DNA from: Malacoraja senta
Taxonomy: Eukaryota
Length of the DNA: 64,000 bases
Reading direction: 5' to 3'
NCBI GenBank assembly: GCA_038087875.1
Contig: JAXLNO010004261.1
Span: forward strand, 1-64,000
The notes under the pieces: model-generated
The model's database searches: none
Told to the model about the DNA's origin: nothing
What the model saw: the letters and a program-made list of their open reading frames with translations, nothing else
Position numbers and translations under genes: made by a program
In this document: positions 42,371 through 54,169 of the stretch, in pieces
Layout of the letters: the number at the start of each line of letters is the position of its first letter
Position numbering within the stretch: the stretch's first letter is position 1

Positions 42371-42699
42371 CTTCCCCTTCCCCCTCTTTTAATCAGGTTA
42401 CCCCGACCACACACTCGCCAGTTAAAATTCCCTGCTTTATTATGGATCACAATTTCTACGAATTACGATATATAAAACTCTGTCGGCTCACACAAAATGT
42501 GAATGCTAGTCTTCACAAAATATATGCAAACATTTTCTGAGATTTCAGGAAATTCCCGTCCCCCCTCCTTCAGCTCCCGGGTACGATGTACCCCCTGCAC
42601 CCCCTCTCATAGGCCCTGTTTATACGTACGCGCATTCGTGAACAAAATACTGTGTGTGGTCTGTACCTTTGTTAGGTTCCTAAAAATAGGCTCAACAAA

Positions 42700-42770
42700 T
42701 TGATGTTCTTTTCAACCCATTCATGACCCCCCAGAAAAACCACAAACGACCCCCAGGTTAAGAACCACTG
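42700..42770 (-). mobile_element. hAT/Buster-type terminus, possibly the 5' end of the fossil transposon
   Basis: Minus strand begins CAGTGGTTCTTAACCTGGGGGTCG, typical of Charlie/Buster ends. No partner TIR found. Confidence 0.55.
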
Positions 42771-42774
42771 CTTT

Positions 42775-42970
42775 GGAGATACAGTGCTGAAACAGGCCCT
42801 TCAGCCCACACTAGGGACAATTTACATTTACACCAAGCCAATTTACCTACATCTCAGAGAAAAGCCACACAGGTTACGGGGAGAATATGCAAACTCCGTA
42901 CAGTCACCACTCGTAGTCGGGTTCAAACCCGGGTCTCTGGTGCTGCAAGGCAGCAACTCGTGTAAGGCCA
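42775..42970 (-). mobile_element. V-SINE (HE1-like), partial
   Basis: gagatacag...aaacaggcccttcagccca...aaactccgtacag. Confidence 0.8.
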
Positions 42971-43324
42971 CGATCTCTTGGCTTTGCTTATAGTTATTAT
43001 CATGTTTTATCTTCTATTGTGTTCTTTTTGCTTTTGCATATAAACAAATGTAAAGCTGCACATAAGGTTGGATCTTTTCGAGGCCCAAGCTGCCCCATCT
43101 TTACCACAAAAGTGCTTCCTATATTTAGAGAAACATAGATATAATAAGGCTCACCCCTCATGGGCATTGAAGGCTTTCTCTAAAATATGGAGACCATTAA
43201 GCTGTTCACTGCCAAGTTTATTTTTCACTATTGGCCATGACCCCTAGTGTACTCGGCGGTGGCATTGAACAGGTTAAAGATATCCAGTGATGTGTAGCTG
43301 CGCTACCTTTCCTATGTATTTTTA

Positions 43325-44006
43325 AGGGCCTGTCCCACTTACGTGTCCTTGGTACACAAATTATGCGACCTTGTGGTCGCGTTGAGGCGCACGGGCATCG
43401 TATGGCCGCGCGGGGCCGGTCCCACTTGGAAGCGCGGAGGGGTATGGAGTTGTGCGCGACATCGCGCGGGGCTCCAATAATTTTGTAGTGAACGAAATCT
43501 TCGCGCGCCAACGGCCTGTCGCGGAACTGACGGCCAAAGTGGGACAGGCCCAAGACCCTGGCGCGACACAAAGTCTCACTTTCAACAGGAGCAGAAGCAG
43601 GCAAACGATCGCCGAACTCGGCCTGGGGCTCACAGCCGTTGCGGTCCAGATCCGCCCCCTCTTCTACTCCCAGAGCGGGGCCAAGAAAATTGAAGATAGA
43701 CACAAAATGCAGGAGTAACTCAGCGGGACCGGCAGCATCTCTGGAGAGAAGCAATGGGTGATGTTTCGGGTCAAGACCCTTCTTTTCAGACTGAAGAAGA
43801 GTCTCGACACGAAACATCACCCATTGCTTCTCTCCAGAGATGCTGCCGGTCCCGCTGAGTTACTCCAGCTTCGTGTCCATCTTCAAATAACGTCACGCGC
43901 TCCAGACGGCTGTGCGTACGCATGTAATCGCGCCCGACCTTCGCCGGACCATCGTGGCTCAACGCGTAATTTGCGTTCCAAGGACACGTAAGTGGGACAG
44001 GCCCCT
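43325..44006. mobile_element. PIF/Harbinger-type MITE containing an inverted pair of Penelope tails
   Basis: TIRs agggcctgtcccacttacgtgtccttgg / ccaaggacacgtaagtgggacaggcccct with TTA on both flanks. Confidence 0.8.
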
Positions 44007-44514
44007 TTACTTAGATGATTCATTCCCTCTGGCATTGATTGATGAATCAAAGTGGGGGGGGGGGGGGGGAGGTTGATGGAATTTGTAAGGATTTGCTGAA
44101 GTCAGTTTGCTTAAAACTGCTCACTCCTTGAAAAGGAGAGTCTGTGAACTTAAGCCCAGAGACAAAGAACAGTTTGTGAACTCAAGGTTATAATTGATAA
44201 AAACCTAGGCACAACTGTGAACAACAACTCTTTATTAGGATGAAGGTAATGAGCTAATGCCAACCATGCCCCTGGGACCAGGAGTAATAAGGAGGGGTCA
44301 AAACTTGGATGATGTTTTCTTTCCAATAAGAAACTCTACAAACAATGATAGCTGAATAAAAAATAATGATGTTGTATAGATGAAGAGCCTTCTTTTCAAG
44401 CTGCTTCCTGCAGTCTTTTAGTTGTTCTGCAGATCCTTTACATTCTCTCGTCTTCGTGTTTTCAAGAAACACCACAAATAGCTAATTTGTATACTAATTA
44501 GCTAATTATATACT

Positions 44515-45215
44515 AATTGTATACTAACCGCCTGTCCTTCTCCCAGCACACAGACTCTGTGTACAAGAAGGCACAGCAACGCCTGTTCCTGCTGAGGAAA
44601 CTCAGGAGCTTTGATGTCAGACAGGACATTTTAACAGCTGTCTATAAATCACTTATAGAATCTGTACTCACCTTTAACATCACATCCTGGTTCACCCTCA
44701 CCTCTGTCAAAGACAAATCAAAGCTTTCCCGGATCATCAATCAAGCAAGCAAAATAACTGGCAAAACTCAAAATCAATTCTCAGTACTCCACACCCAGGC
44801 AGTTAAAAGGAAAGCCAACCTCATTACACAGGATCCCACCCACCCCCTGCACAAGTCCTTCCAACTTCTGCCATCAGGCCGCAGATATAAAGTCCCCCTA
44901 TCTAAGAAAAACATCCACAAAAACTCATTCATACCCATTGCCATAAACAGCTTAAATAAAAAATGAACAATGGACAAATTAACCCTGACGCACTGTCACT
45001 TTACACGTATCCACAACTTTCATCTTGTCTATTTTTACAGTTTTTAATCTTTATACTTGCTTTTAAGATCTATACACACGGTGTGTGTTCGCAGAAATCT
45101 GTGTTGTACGACTGCTTATCAGTACATTGTCCTGTTTGTATGTTGAGCCACGTCAAAGAAGATTTTCTGTTACGACAGACAATAAAGTTTTCTGAATCTG
45201 AATCTGAATCTGAAT
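44515..45215 (+). mobile_element. Rex1/Babar-type LINE 3' fragment
   Basis: KKAQQRLFLLRKLRSF...HPLH..F.LLPSGRRY; (tctgaa)n tail. Confidence 0.9.
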
Positions 45216-45217
45216 TA

Positions 45218-47200
45218 TAGAAACATAGGCACAGGAGTAGGCCATTCGGCCATTCGAGCCAGCACCGCCATTCAATATGATCATGCCGGCATCTAGAATC
45301 AGTACCCCATTCCTGCTTTTAGAAACATAGAAACACAGAAAATAGGTGCAGGAGTAGGCCATTCGTCCCTTCGAGCCTGCACCGCCATTCAATATGATCA
45401 TGGCTGATCATCCAACTCAGTATCCTGTACCTGCCTTCTCTCCATACCCCCTGATCCCTTTAGCCACAAGGGCCACATCTAACTCCCTCTTAAATATAGC
45501 CAATGAATGGGCCTCAACTACATTCTGTGGCAGAGAATTCCAGAGATTCACCACTCTCTGTGTAAAAAATGTTTTTCTCATCTCAGTCCAAAAAGATTTC
45601 CCCTTTATCCTTAAACTGTGACCCCTTGTTCTGGACTTCCCCAACATCGGGAACAATCTTTCTGCATCTAGCCTGTCCAACCCCTTAAGAATTTTCTAAG
45701 TTTCTATAAGATCCCCCCTCAATCTTCTAAATTCTAGCGAGTACAAGCAGAGTCTATCCAGTCTTTCTTCATATGAAAGTCCTGACATCCCAGGAATCAG
45801 TCTGGTGAACCTTCTCTGTACTCCCTCTATGGCAAGAATGTCCTTCCTCAGAGTAGGAGACCAAAACTGTACGCAATACTCCAGGTGTGGTCTCACCAAG
45901 ACCCTGTACAACTGCAGTAGAACCTCCCTGCTCCTATACTCAAATCCTTTTGCTATGAATGCTAACATACCATTCGCTTTCTTCACTGCCTGCTGCACCT
46001 GCATGCCTACTTTCAATGACTGGTGTACCATGGCACCCAGGTCTCGTTGCATCTCCCCTTTCCTAATCGGCCACCATTCAGGTAATAGTCTACTTTCCTG
46101 TTTTTGCCACCAAAGTGGATAACCTCACATGTATCCACATTATACTGCATCTGCCATGCATTTGCCCACTCACCCAGCCTATCCAAGTCACCTTGCAGCC
46201 TCCTAGCACCCTCCTCACAGCTAACACTGCCCCCCAGCTTCGTGTCATCCGCAAACTTGGAGATGTTGCATTCAATTCCCTCGTCCAAATCATTAATATA
46301 TATTGTAAATAGCTGGTGTCCCAGCACTGAGCCTTGCGGTACCCCACTAGTCACTGCCTGCCATTCTGAAAAGGACCCGTTTACTCCTACTCTTTGCTTC
46401 CTGTCTGCCAGCCAGTTCTCTATCCACATCAATACTGAACCCCCAATACCATGTGCTTTAAGTTTGTATATTAATCTCTTATGTGGGACCTTGTCGAAAG
46501 CCTTCTGAAAGTCCAGATATAACACATCCGCTGGTTCTCCCTTATCCACTCTGCTAATTACATCCTCGAAAAATTCTATAAGATTCGTCAGACATGATTT
46601 ACCTTTCATAAATCCATGCTGACTTTGTCCAATGATTTCACCATTTTCCAAATGTACTGCTATCCCATCTTTAATAACTGACTAGCAGTTTCCCCACTAC
46701 TGATGTTAGACTAACTGGTCTGTAATTCCCCGTTTTCTCTCTCCCTCCCTTTTTAAAAAGTGGGGTTACATTTGCTACCCTCCAATACTCAGGAACTACT
46801 CCAAAATCTAAAGAGTTTTGAAAAATTATCACTAATGGATCCACTATTTCTGGGGCTACTTCCTTAAGTACTCTGGGATGCAGCCTATCTGGCCCTGGGG
46901 ATTTATCGGCCTTTAATCCATTCAATTTACTGAACACCACTTCCTGGCTAACCTGGATTTCACTCAGATCCTCCAACTCATTTGACCCACGGTCCCCTGC
47001 TATTTCCGGCAGATTAATTAAGTCTTCCTAAGTGAAGACAGAACCAAAGTAGTTATTCAATTGGTCTGCCATGTCCTTGTACCCCATGATCAATTCACCT
47101 GTTTCTGACGGCAAGGGACCTACATTTGTTTTAACTAATCTTTTCCTCCATATCCCTTGATTCCTTTAGCCTTAAGAGCTAAATCTAACTCTCTCTTGAA
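45218..47200 (-). mobile_element. Young 5'-truncated CR1 (45320-47150) with extra CR1 tail pieces on both sides
   Basis: RT ORFs of 212 and 118 aa, visibly almost identical to the 13045-15610 copy. Confidence 0.95.
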
Positions 47201-47749
47201 AGTACGTTGTTTAGATAAGAGCCTTCTTTTCAAGCTTCTTTCTGCGGTCTTTTAGTTGTGCTTTGCAGGTGCTTTAGTTTGTCTCGTCTTCTCTCTGCTG
47301 AATATGTAACAACTACAAGCTGTGAATAACAACAAAACCTTGAAAACTAACACTGTACTGCGAGTGCGAGTACAAAGCATGTTCTAACGTGACCCAACTT
47401 CAGTCTGAAGTAGGATCCTCACCCGAAATATCTGCCTTCCCATGTTCCCCAAAGATGCCGCTTGACCCGTTGAGTTCCTTAGCACTTTGTGTGCGGAGGA
47501 AAGCAGCCTCTGCTCTTCCTTTCATCTACAATTGTTAAATAGTTCAATCCAGACAATTAGTTCAATTTTACACTGTTGACTAAAATGAGAAAGAAGGCAA
47601 TTCAAGGATAAATAACTGCCCATAATTCCATGTGACAGAGAAAGAGGCCTTTCAGCCTCCTGAGCCCACTCTAGCCCAGAGAACAAAATTATTCCAACAC
47701 TAATTTTCCCCAAAACGGATCTTTCTCAATTCTATCAATGCCACAAATC

Positions 47750-47995
47750 CACCTATTTGCAGTGGTGGCTTAATCTACTAATTCAGCACATTTTGGTATG
47801 TGGGTGGAAACTGGAGAACAAACATTGTCACAGGGAGAATGCTTATACTCCACACAGACTGCACTGGAGATGATTGAACCCGGATCACTGGAGCTATGAG
47901 GCAGCAGCGCTCTTTGCTATAAAGCAGTCATAGAGTCACACAGCAGGGAAACAAGCCCTTTGGCCCAACTTGTCCATGCTAATCAAGATACCCCA
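47750..47995 (-). mobile_element. V-SINE/CR1-tail fragment
   Basis: gtgggtggaaactggag...gaggcagcagc. Confidence 0.65.
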
Positions 47996-48044
47996 TTTAA
48001 GCTAGTCCCATTTACCCTGCAATGGGTAGACATCATTCAAAACG

Positions 48045-48530
48045 TTTCTCTCTAGATGTCAACTGCTCTACATTAGTGAGACCAAGCGCAGGCTTGGCGA
48101 TCGTTTCGCCGAACGCCTCCCCTCGGTTCGCAACAACCAACCTGATCTCCCGGTGGATCAACACTTCAACTCCCCCCTCCCATTCCAAATCCGACCTTTC
48201 TGCCCTCGGTCTCCTCCATGGCCAGAGTGAGGACCACCGTAAATTGGAGGAGCAGCACCTCATATTTCGCTTGGGCAGTTTACACCCCAGCGGTATGAAC
48301 ATTAACTTCTCTAATTTCAGGTAGTCCCTACTTTCTCCTCCCCTTCTCAGCTCTCCCTCAGCCCACTGGCTCCACCTCTTCCTTTCTTCTTCCTGCGCCC
48401 CCCCCCCCCCACTCCCCCCCACCCTCACATCAGTCTGAAGAAGGGTTTTCGGCCCGAAACGTTGCCTATTTCCTTCGCTCCATAGATGCTGCCTCACCCG
48501 CTGAGTTTCTCCAGCACTTTTATCTACCTA
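48045..48530 (+). mobile_element. Penelope-like element 3' part
   Basis: ETKRRLGDRFAE...LEEQHLIFRLGSLHPSGMNINFSNFR. Confidence 0.9.
48431..48466 (+). ncRNA. Minimal type-I hammerhead-ribozyme-like motif in the Penelope tail
   Basis: CUGAAGA-(A)-GGG[uuuucgg]CCC-GAAAC-GUU; palindromic AACGUU helix III. Helix I is weak. Confidence 0.5.
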
Positions 48531-48559
48531 TGCATGTCCCTGTCCATGTGTCTATTAAA

Positions 48560-48860
48560 TATTGTTATTGTACCTGCCGCAACTCCATTCTCTGGCAGGT
48601 CATTCCATATGCTGACCACTCTCTGAGCACAAAGATTGTCCCAAGTTCCAATTAAATCTTTCCCCTCTCACATTCAACCCATGTCCTCTGGTTATTTTAT
48701 TCTCCTTCTCTGGGTAAAAGGCTCTGGGCATACACTCTATCAATTCCCCTCATGATTTTAAGCACCCCTATATGATCACCCCTCAGCCTCCTGTGCTCCA
48801 TGGAATAAAGCCCTGGCTTGCCCAATCTCTCCCTCTTGTTCACACCCTTGAGCCCCAACA
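48560..48860 (-). mobile_element. CR1-clade 3' fragment
   Basis: RERLGKPGLYSMEHRRLRGD.I.V.KIMRGIDRV. Confidence 0.85.
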
Positions 48861-49554
48861 ATATGCTCATAAATGTCATAAACACAACAATGTTGCAGAT
48901 AATAAGTGCACCATAAATAATGCAAATAAAAAAAATATTTTTGAAGGCAATCTGATTCAATAAACATGGTTCAATGAATCAGATGATAATGTAATAAACG
49001 TCATTCACATGTATTCATATATAATTTGAAAATAATAATAAATATTGCAAGATGTGGAAAATTGATAGAAATTATGCCCAGTGCATAATATTTGGATGTA
49101 TTGTTCCCTGTTTGTACCCTCACCCTGTTTTAGTCCAGTTAAAGATCAATAATATAATTTGTTTAATGTGTAACCGAAGAGGTAACAAAAAGCAATGTTT
49201 TCAGCAATAATTAATCATGAATGAATGATACTTTATTGTGACATGTGACAAGTCACAGTGAAAGTCTTTGTTTTGTAAACCCAACGTATGTCAAGATTCT
49301 TCACATAAAGGGCACCGACAAAGTTATAAAGTCTCCCACACCAGGTCCTCCTTTGTCCCCCACCTCACGATGGTCCCCTCATGCCTAGTCCTGCTTTGTT
49401 CAATGGTACACTACGAATGTCATTGAATTTACACAGTAATGGTGATAGGGCTTATTGATTTACAATATAAAACGTGTCCAAATGCAAATTATATGGATGT
49501 GCAAGTGTGGTGCAGAAGGATTTGGACAGCTTACTTTACAATTGGTGCCCAAGA

Positions 49555-49775
49555 TAATTTAGAGATATAGCACGAAAACAGCCCTTCGAGTCCACAGTGA
49601 CCAGTGATCCCCTTTGGCATACAGGCTTGGAGTGTGGGAGGAAACCGGAGCATCCGGGGAAAGCCCACGCAGGTCACGGGGAGTACGTACAAACTATGTA
49701 CAGACAGCACCTGAGGCCAGGATCAACCCTGGGTCTCTGGCACTACGGCAGCATCACTACGGCTGAACCACAATG
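49555..49775 (-). mobile_element. V-SINE (HE1-like)
   Basis: gagtgtgggaggaaaccggag...aaactatgtacagacagcacc. Confidence 0.8.
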
Positions 49776-50399
49776 CCATTTAGGTTATCCTTTAAATATT
49801 TCACACTACTTTTCTTTCAACATTTGTGAATAAAAGTAAAAACAATTGGTGAGGTACGCAAGGGATTTTAACCATTCAAAAAGCCACCAACATTTCAATG
49901 ATTTGTAAAATGCTGGAACACACAGCAAGTTCAACAGAACCTATGGAAAGAGAAACAAAATTAATGCTTCAGAATTGTGAGAATGTGTAAGTTACAGACA
50001 GGAGTGGGAGGCATGGTTGGACATAGCGGGTATCACTAATAAGGTAATGACAGGTTTCCATGGTGATAAACTGACAATGAAGCCATCAGACAATGGCATT
50101 TTTGGTTTTTATTTCACATTTGCAGCATCTGCAGTTCTTAGGTTAGTGACTCAGCATGGAAACGGGCCATTCGGCCCACCAATTCCAAGCCAACCATCGA
50201 TCATCTTTCACACTAGTTCTATGTTATCCCAAAATGGACACAAAATGCTGGAGTAAGTCAGGGGAAACACTCTGTCTGAGGAAGGGTCTTGACCTGAAAA
50301 GTCATCCATTCCTTGTATCCAGAGATGCTGCCTGTCCCGCTGAGTTACTCCAGCACATTGTGCCTATCTTTGCTGTAAACCAGCATCTTCAGTTCCTTC

Positions 50400-50580
50400 C
50401 TACACATCTATGTAATCCCACTTTCTCACCCATTCTCAGCACACAAGAGTAATTTACAGAGCCCAATTAACCTACAAACTCTCACGTTTTCAAGATATGG
50501 GACGAAACCGGAGCACCTGGAGGAAATATGTGTGTTCACAGGGAGAACGTGTAGTCAGGATCAAACCTGGGTCTCTGGCA
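50400..50580 (-). mobile_element. V-SINE (HE1-like), partial
   Basis: caattaacctacaaac...gaaaccggagcacctggagg. Confidence 0.75.
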
Positions 50581-50656
50581 CAGCGAGAAATTTCTTTGAG
50601 ATGTTTTTTTATGAACATTGATCACACTCCAAATGTATAGAAATGAATGAACTAAC

Positions 50657-50917
50657 TTGCTGTTTCGTTCTGCCTCCGCATCCATTCATCGACTTGCCCT
50701 TTGATGATTCCATGGAAACCAGTTTCAGAGACCGTATTTGTTACCCAGTAATTCCTGTCAAATGCAGCCGCCATCCATTTCTGTCTTGGAACTGTAATGA
50801 CCATGTTTTTGTCATAATACTGTATCTCACAACCATCCAGTTCACCCACGACACTATATTCTGGTAGATGAGTACTCCCGTGGTTCAGGGTGTAGTAATA
50901 GATCAGTGTGTGAGGCC
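50657..50917 (-). CDS. MHC class I-like heavy chain, alpha1 exon (GPHTLIYYYTLNHG...DRNYW...MRRQNETA)
   Basis: Translation matches class I alpha1 motifs (HTL-Y, VVG-LDG, PR--W, YW, N86 sequon NET). Acceptor tgtctag|GG and donor GCA A|gttagt; 261 nt, phase 1/1. Confidence 0.93.
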
Positions 50918-51284
50918 CTAGACACAAATAAAATAATACAATTATTGTCAAGTAATATAAATTTCTATGGATAGGAAAGGTTTGGAGGGAAATTGGCAAA
51001 ACACCAATTGGATTTACATTGCACTAAACATGATATCATTTACCCTGTATCTATAGATTGTGAACGGCTTCATTGTAATGTAGTCTTTTCACTGACTGGA
51101 TAGCACACAAGAAACATTTTCACTGTAAAACAGTACACGTGACATTAATAATAAATTAAACTAAGCTAAAATATAGATAGGTGGGTCAAGGGTAGATGAG
51201 GCATCTTGGCTGGCATAGATAAGCTGGGCTGAAGGGCCTGTTTCTATGCTGTACATGATTCTAAATGTCAAGCTTACTTAGATT

Positions 51285-51581
51285 ATTTTAGTTTAGTTTA
51301 GAGATACAGTGTGGAAACAGGCCCTTCAGCCCGAGTCCGCACAGATCCCCGCACATTAACACTATCCTACACACGAAGGACAATATACATTTATATCAAG
51401 CCTATTAACCTACAAACCTGTACGTCTTTGGAGTGTGGGAGGAAACCGAAGATCTTGTCGAAAACCCACTGGTCATGGGGAGAATGTACAAACTCCGTAC
51501 AGACAGCAGCCATAGTCAGGATCGGACCCGGGGCTCTGACACTTTAAGGCAGCAACTCTATCGCTGCCCCACCGTGTCGCC
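51285..51581 (-). mobile_element. V-SINE (HE1-like), full length
   Basis: (ttag)n tail through aggcagcaactcta...gtgtcgccc head. Confidence 0.9.
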
Positions 51582-52004
51582 CTTACTAATCAACATTTGG
51601 AAATATGATATTCAGCTACTCCACCCACAAAGGGAAGTCACGGCAGTTATTTGGTTCACAGGCCACCATTTATTGCTCCGTGTGTCGTTAAAGAGTAAAA
51701 TCTAGGGGTAGGTATTGGAAATATCAGGAAGATAAAAAGAGATCAGGTCCCAAAATAGTTAGTATGGACTTGATGGGTCAAAGGGCTTGTTTCTGTGCTG
51801 CACTCTCTACGCTGCACTCTCAATTTAGTTGATTAGTCTAACAAGGGTTCATTCGCTCGTGTGTCAGACGAGGTGTAGCTCACTGTTGGCTTCTGTCGTC
51901 GTCCAACATGTTGACAGAATTGGTCGCCCGACGTGTCTCAGAGTGCATCGTGTCGTCGGTTCCGTGGATCGCCACGAGGAGGCTTCTGCATGATCCCCCA
52001 CAAA

Positions 52005-52270
52005 AGGGTGACACGGTGGAACAGCGGTAGAGTTACTGCCTTACAGCTCAAGAGACCGCCAGGTTCAATCCTGACCATGGAGTTTTTACATTCTACCTGT
52101 GGGTTTTCCCTGGGTGCTCCAGCTTCCTCCCACACTCCAAAGGTGAGTTTGTAGTTTAATAGGGTTTGGTAAAGATTATAAATTGTTGCTAGTCTATAGG
52201 ATATTGCTACTGTACGGTGATCGCTGTTCAGCGTGGACTTGGTGGGCTGAAGAGCCTGTTCCAATGCTAT
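52005..52270 (+). mobile_element. V-SINE (HE1-like)
   Basis: gggtgacacggtgg...gttactgccttacag...gtgggctgaagagcctgtt. Confidence 0.85.
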
Positions 52271-52654
52271 ATATCTGTATCATCTTCAGCTGCAATATAC
52301 AGTAAGTTGTCCAAATCAGATTGCACCATGCCAGTACAACAAGAGCAGACTAAAAATATCAATGTAACATTTAACTTCTGCTTTGATATGACCTCCTGGT
52401 GACTTGTTCACCACATCCCCCTTTGTCAGCGAGTGCCCCTATCGTCTCACTGGAGAGGCCCCACATTCACACTTACTCAAATACCACACATTTCCTGCTA
52501 GACTAGTTTTTCAACTGTTTACTCTCACAGACTCTCTTTGGTACAAACCAGCATCTGCAGTTCGTTGTTTCTACATCATTATCTATCTCTTTGAGAAAGC
52601 GTTCCCATAGAATTTGCATCCTAACAAAATAAGATCATACAAAGTTACCAATAA

Positions 52655-52975
52655 GGGCGGCACAGTGGCACAGTGGTAGAGTTGCTGCCTTATAGTGTTT
52701 GCAGTGCCAGAGACCCGGTTTCAATCCTGACTATGGGTGCTGTCTGTATGGAGTTAGTACGTTCTCCCCGTGACCTGCGTGGATTTTCGCTGAGATCTTC
52801 GATTTCCTCCCACTCCAAAGACGTGCAGGAATGTAGGTTAATTGGCTTGATGCTTGTGTCAAATTGTCCCTTGTGTACATAGGATAGTGTTGGTGTGCGG
52901 GTTAGTCGCTGGTCGGTGCAGACTCGGTGGGCCGAAAGGCCTGTTTCCGCGCTGTGTATCTAAATTAAAAAACTA
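52655..52975 (+). mobile_element. V-SINE (HE1-like), full length
   Basis: gggcggcacagtggc...ggtgggccgaaaggcctgtttcc. Confidence 0.9.
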
Positions 52976-53426
52976 AAGAACCTATTTTACATATCTCACT
53001 TCCTTTGGTTCACGCAGTGTTCTCTCTGGTGTAGACTGATTGAGCCATTTTCAGTGCTTATTCTGGCTAATAGAGATAGCAACATGAAAACCACAGAAAG
53101 AATCTTAAAATTAACTGAATCATGCAGCATATAAACAGGCCCATTTGCCCAACCTTGTCTATGCTGACCGAGATGTTTATCTGCAATTACATGAATTACG
53201 CCCTTATCCCTCCCTGACTTTCCTACCAAAAGTCCAAATGCTTTATAGACATCGTGATTATGTCTGCCTCTACCATCTCCCCTGCAGCTCATTCCAGATA
53301 ACTACTGCGGTGAGAAACGTCTGCTCAGATCCCCTTGACATTCCTCTCCCATCACCTTAAACCTCCAGTTCTAGTCTCCACTGCCCTGGGAAAGAGACAG
53401 TTACTCTCTATCCTATCTATACCCCA

Positions 53427-53860
53427 AAGATAGACACAAAATACTGGAGTAACTCAGCAGGGCAGGCAGTATTTATGGAGAGAAGGAATGGATGATGTTT
53501 AGAAACGTCACTCATTCCTTCCCTCCAAAGATGCTGCCTGTCCTGCTGAGTTACTCCAGCATTTTATGTCTGTCTTCGGTGTAAACCAACATCTGTTAAT
53601 CCTTCCTGAAGAAGGATGTCGACCCGAAATGTCACCCATTCCTTCTCTCCAGAGATGCTGCCTGTCCAGCTGAGTTACTCCAGCATTTTACATCTGTCTT
53701 CGATGTAAACCAACATCTGTTAATCCTTCCTGAAGAAGGATGTTGACCTGAAATGTCACCCATTCCTTCTCTCCAGTGATGCTGCCTGTCCCACTGAGTT
53801 ACTCCAGCTTTTTGTGTCTTTCTTCGGTTTAAACCAGCATCTGCAGATCCTTCCGACACA
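53427..53860 (+). repeat. One inverted plus about three tandem (124-bp period) Penelope-tail units
   Basis: ctgaagaaggatgt.gacc.gaaatgtcacc at 53606 and 53730. Confidence 0.85.
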
Positions 53861-54169
53861 ATCTATAGCCCTCATTATTTCACTCCTGCATTCTAGTGAG
53901 AATAAATGCAGCCTATCCAATTTCTTCACATAACACCAGACCTCTATTCCAGGCAACAACCTGGCAAAACCCTTCTGCACTACTTTTGATGCAATCACAT
54001 CCTTTTTAGTTTAGAGATACATTGCAGAAACAGGCCCTTCGGCCCACGCCAACCAGTGATCCCCGCACAGTAATGTTAGTAGTGGAGCGACCAGAACTCT
54101 ACACAATACTCCATGTGCAGCCTAACCAATGTTTTGTTTGATTTCTCAACTCTTATACTTGATGCCAGA

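Noticed and set aside
43218-43820. 200-aa ORF
   Set aside because: It lies within the GC-rich Harbinger MITE and Penelope tail and has no recognisable domain.
50918-50999. In-frame hydrophobic extension MPISLQ...YYLTIIVLFYLCLG as a fused signal peptide
   Set aside because: It starts at TTG inside a CR1-tail remnant, and the hydrophobicity reflects the T-rich acceptor tract.
52996-53110. Hydrophobic minus-strand stretch (VVFMLLSLLARIS) as a leader exon
   Set aside because: The nearby GT donor is phase 2, not phase 1, and the peptide is too long and polar after the hydrophobic core.
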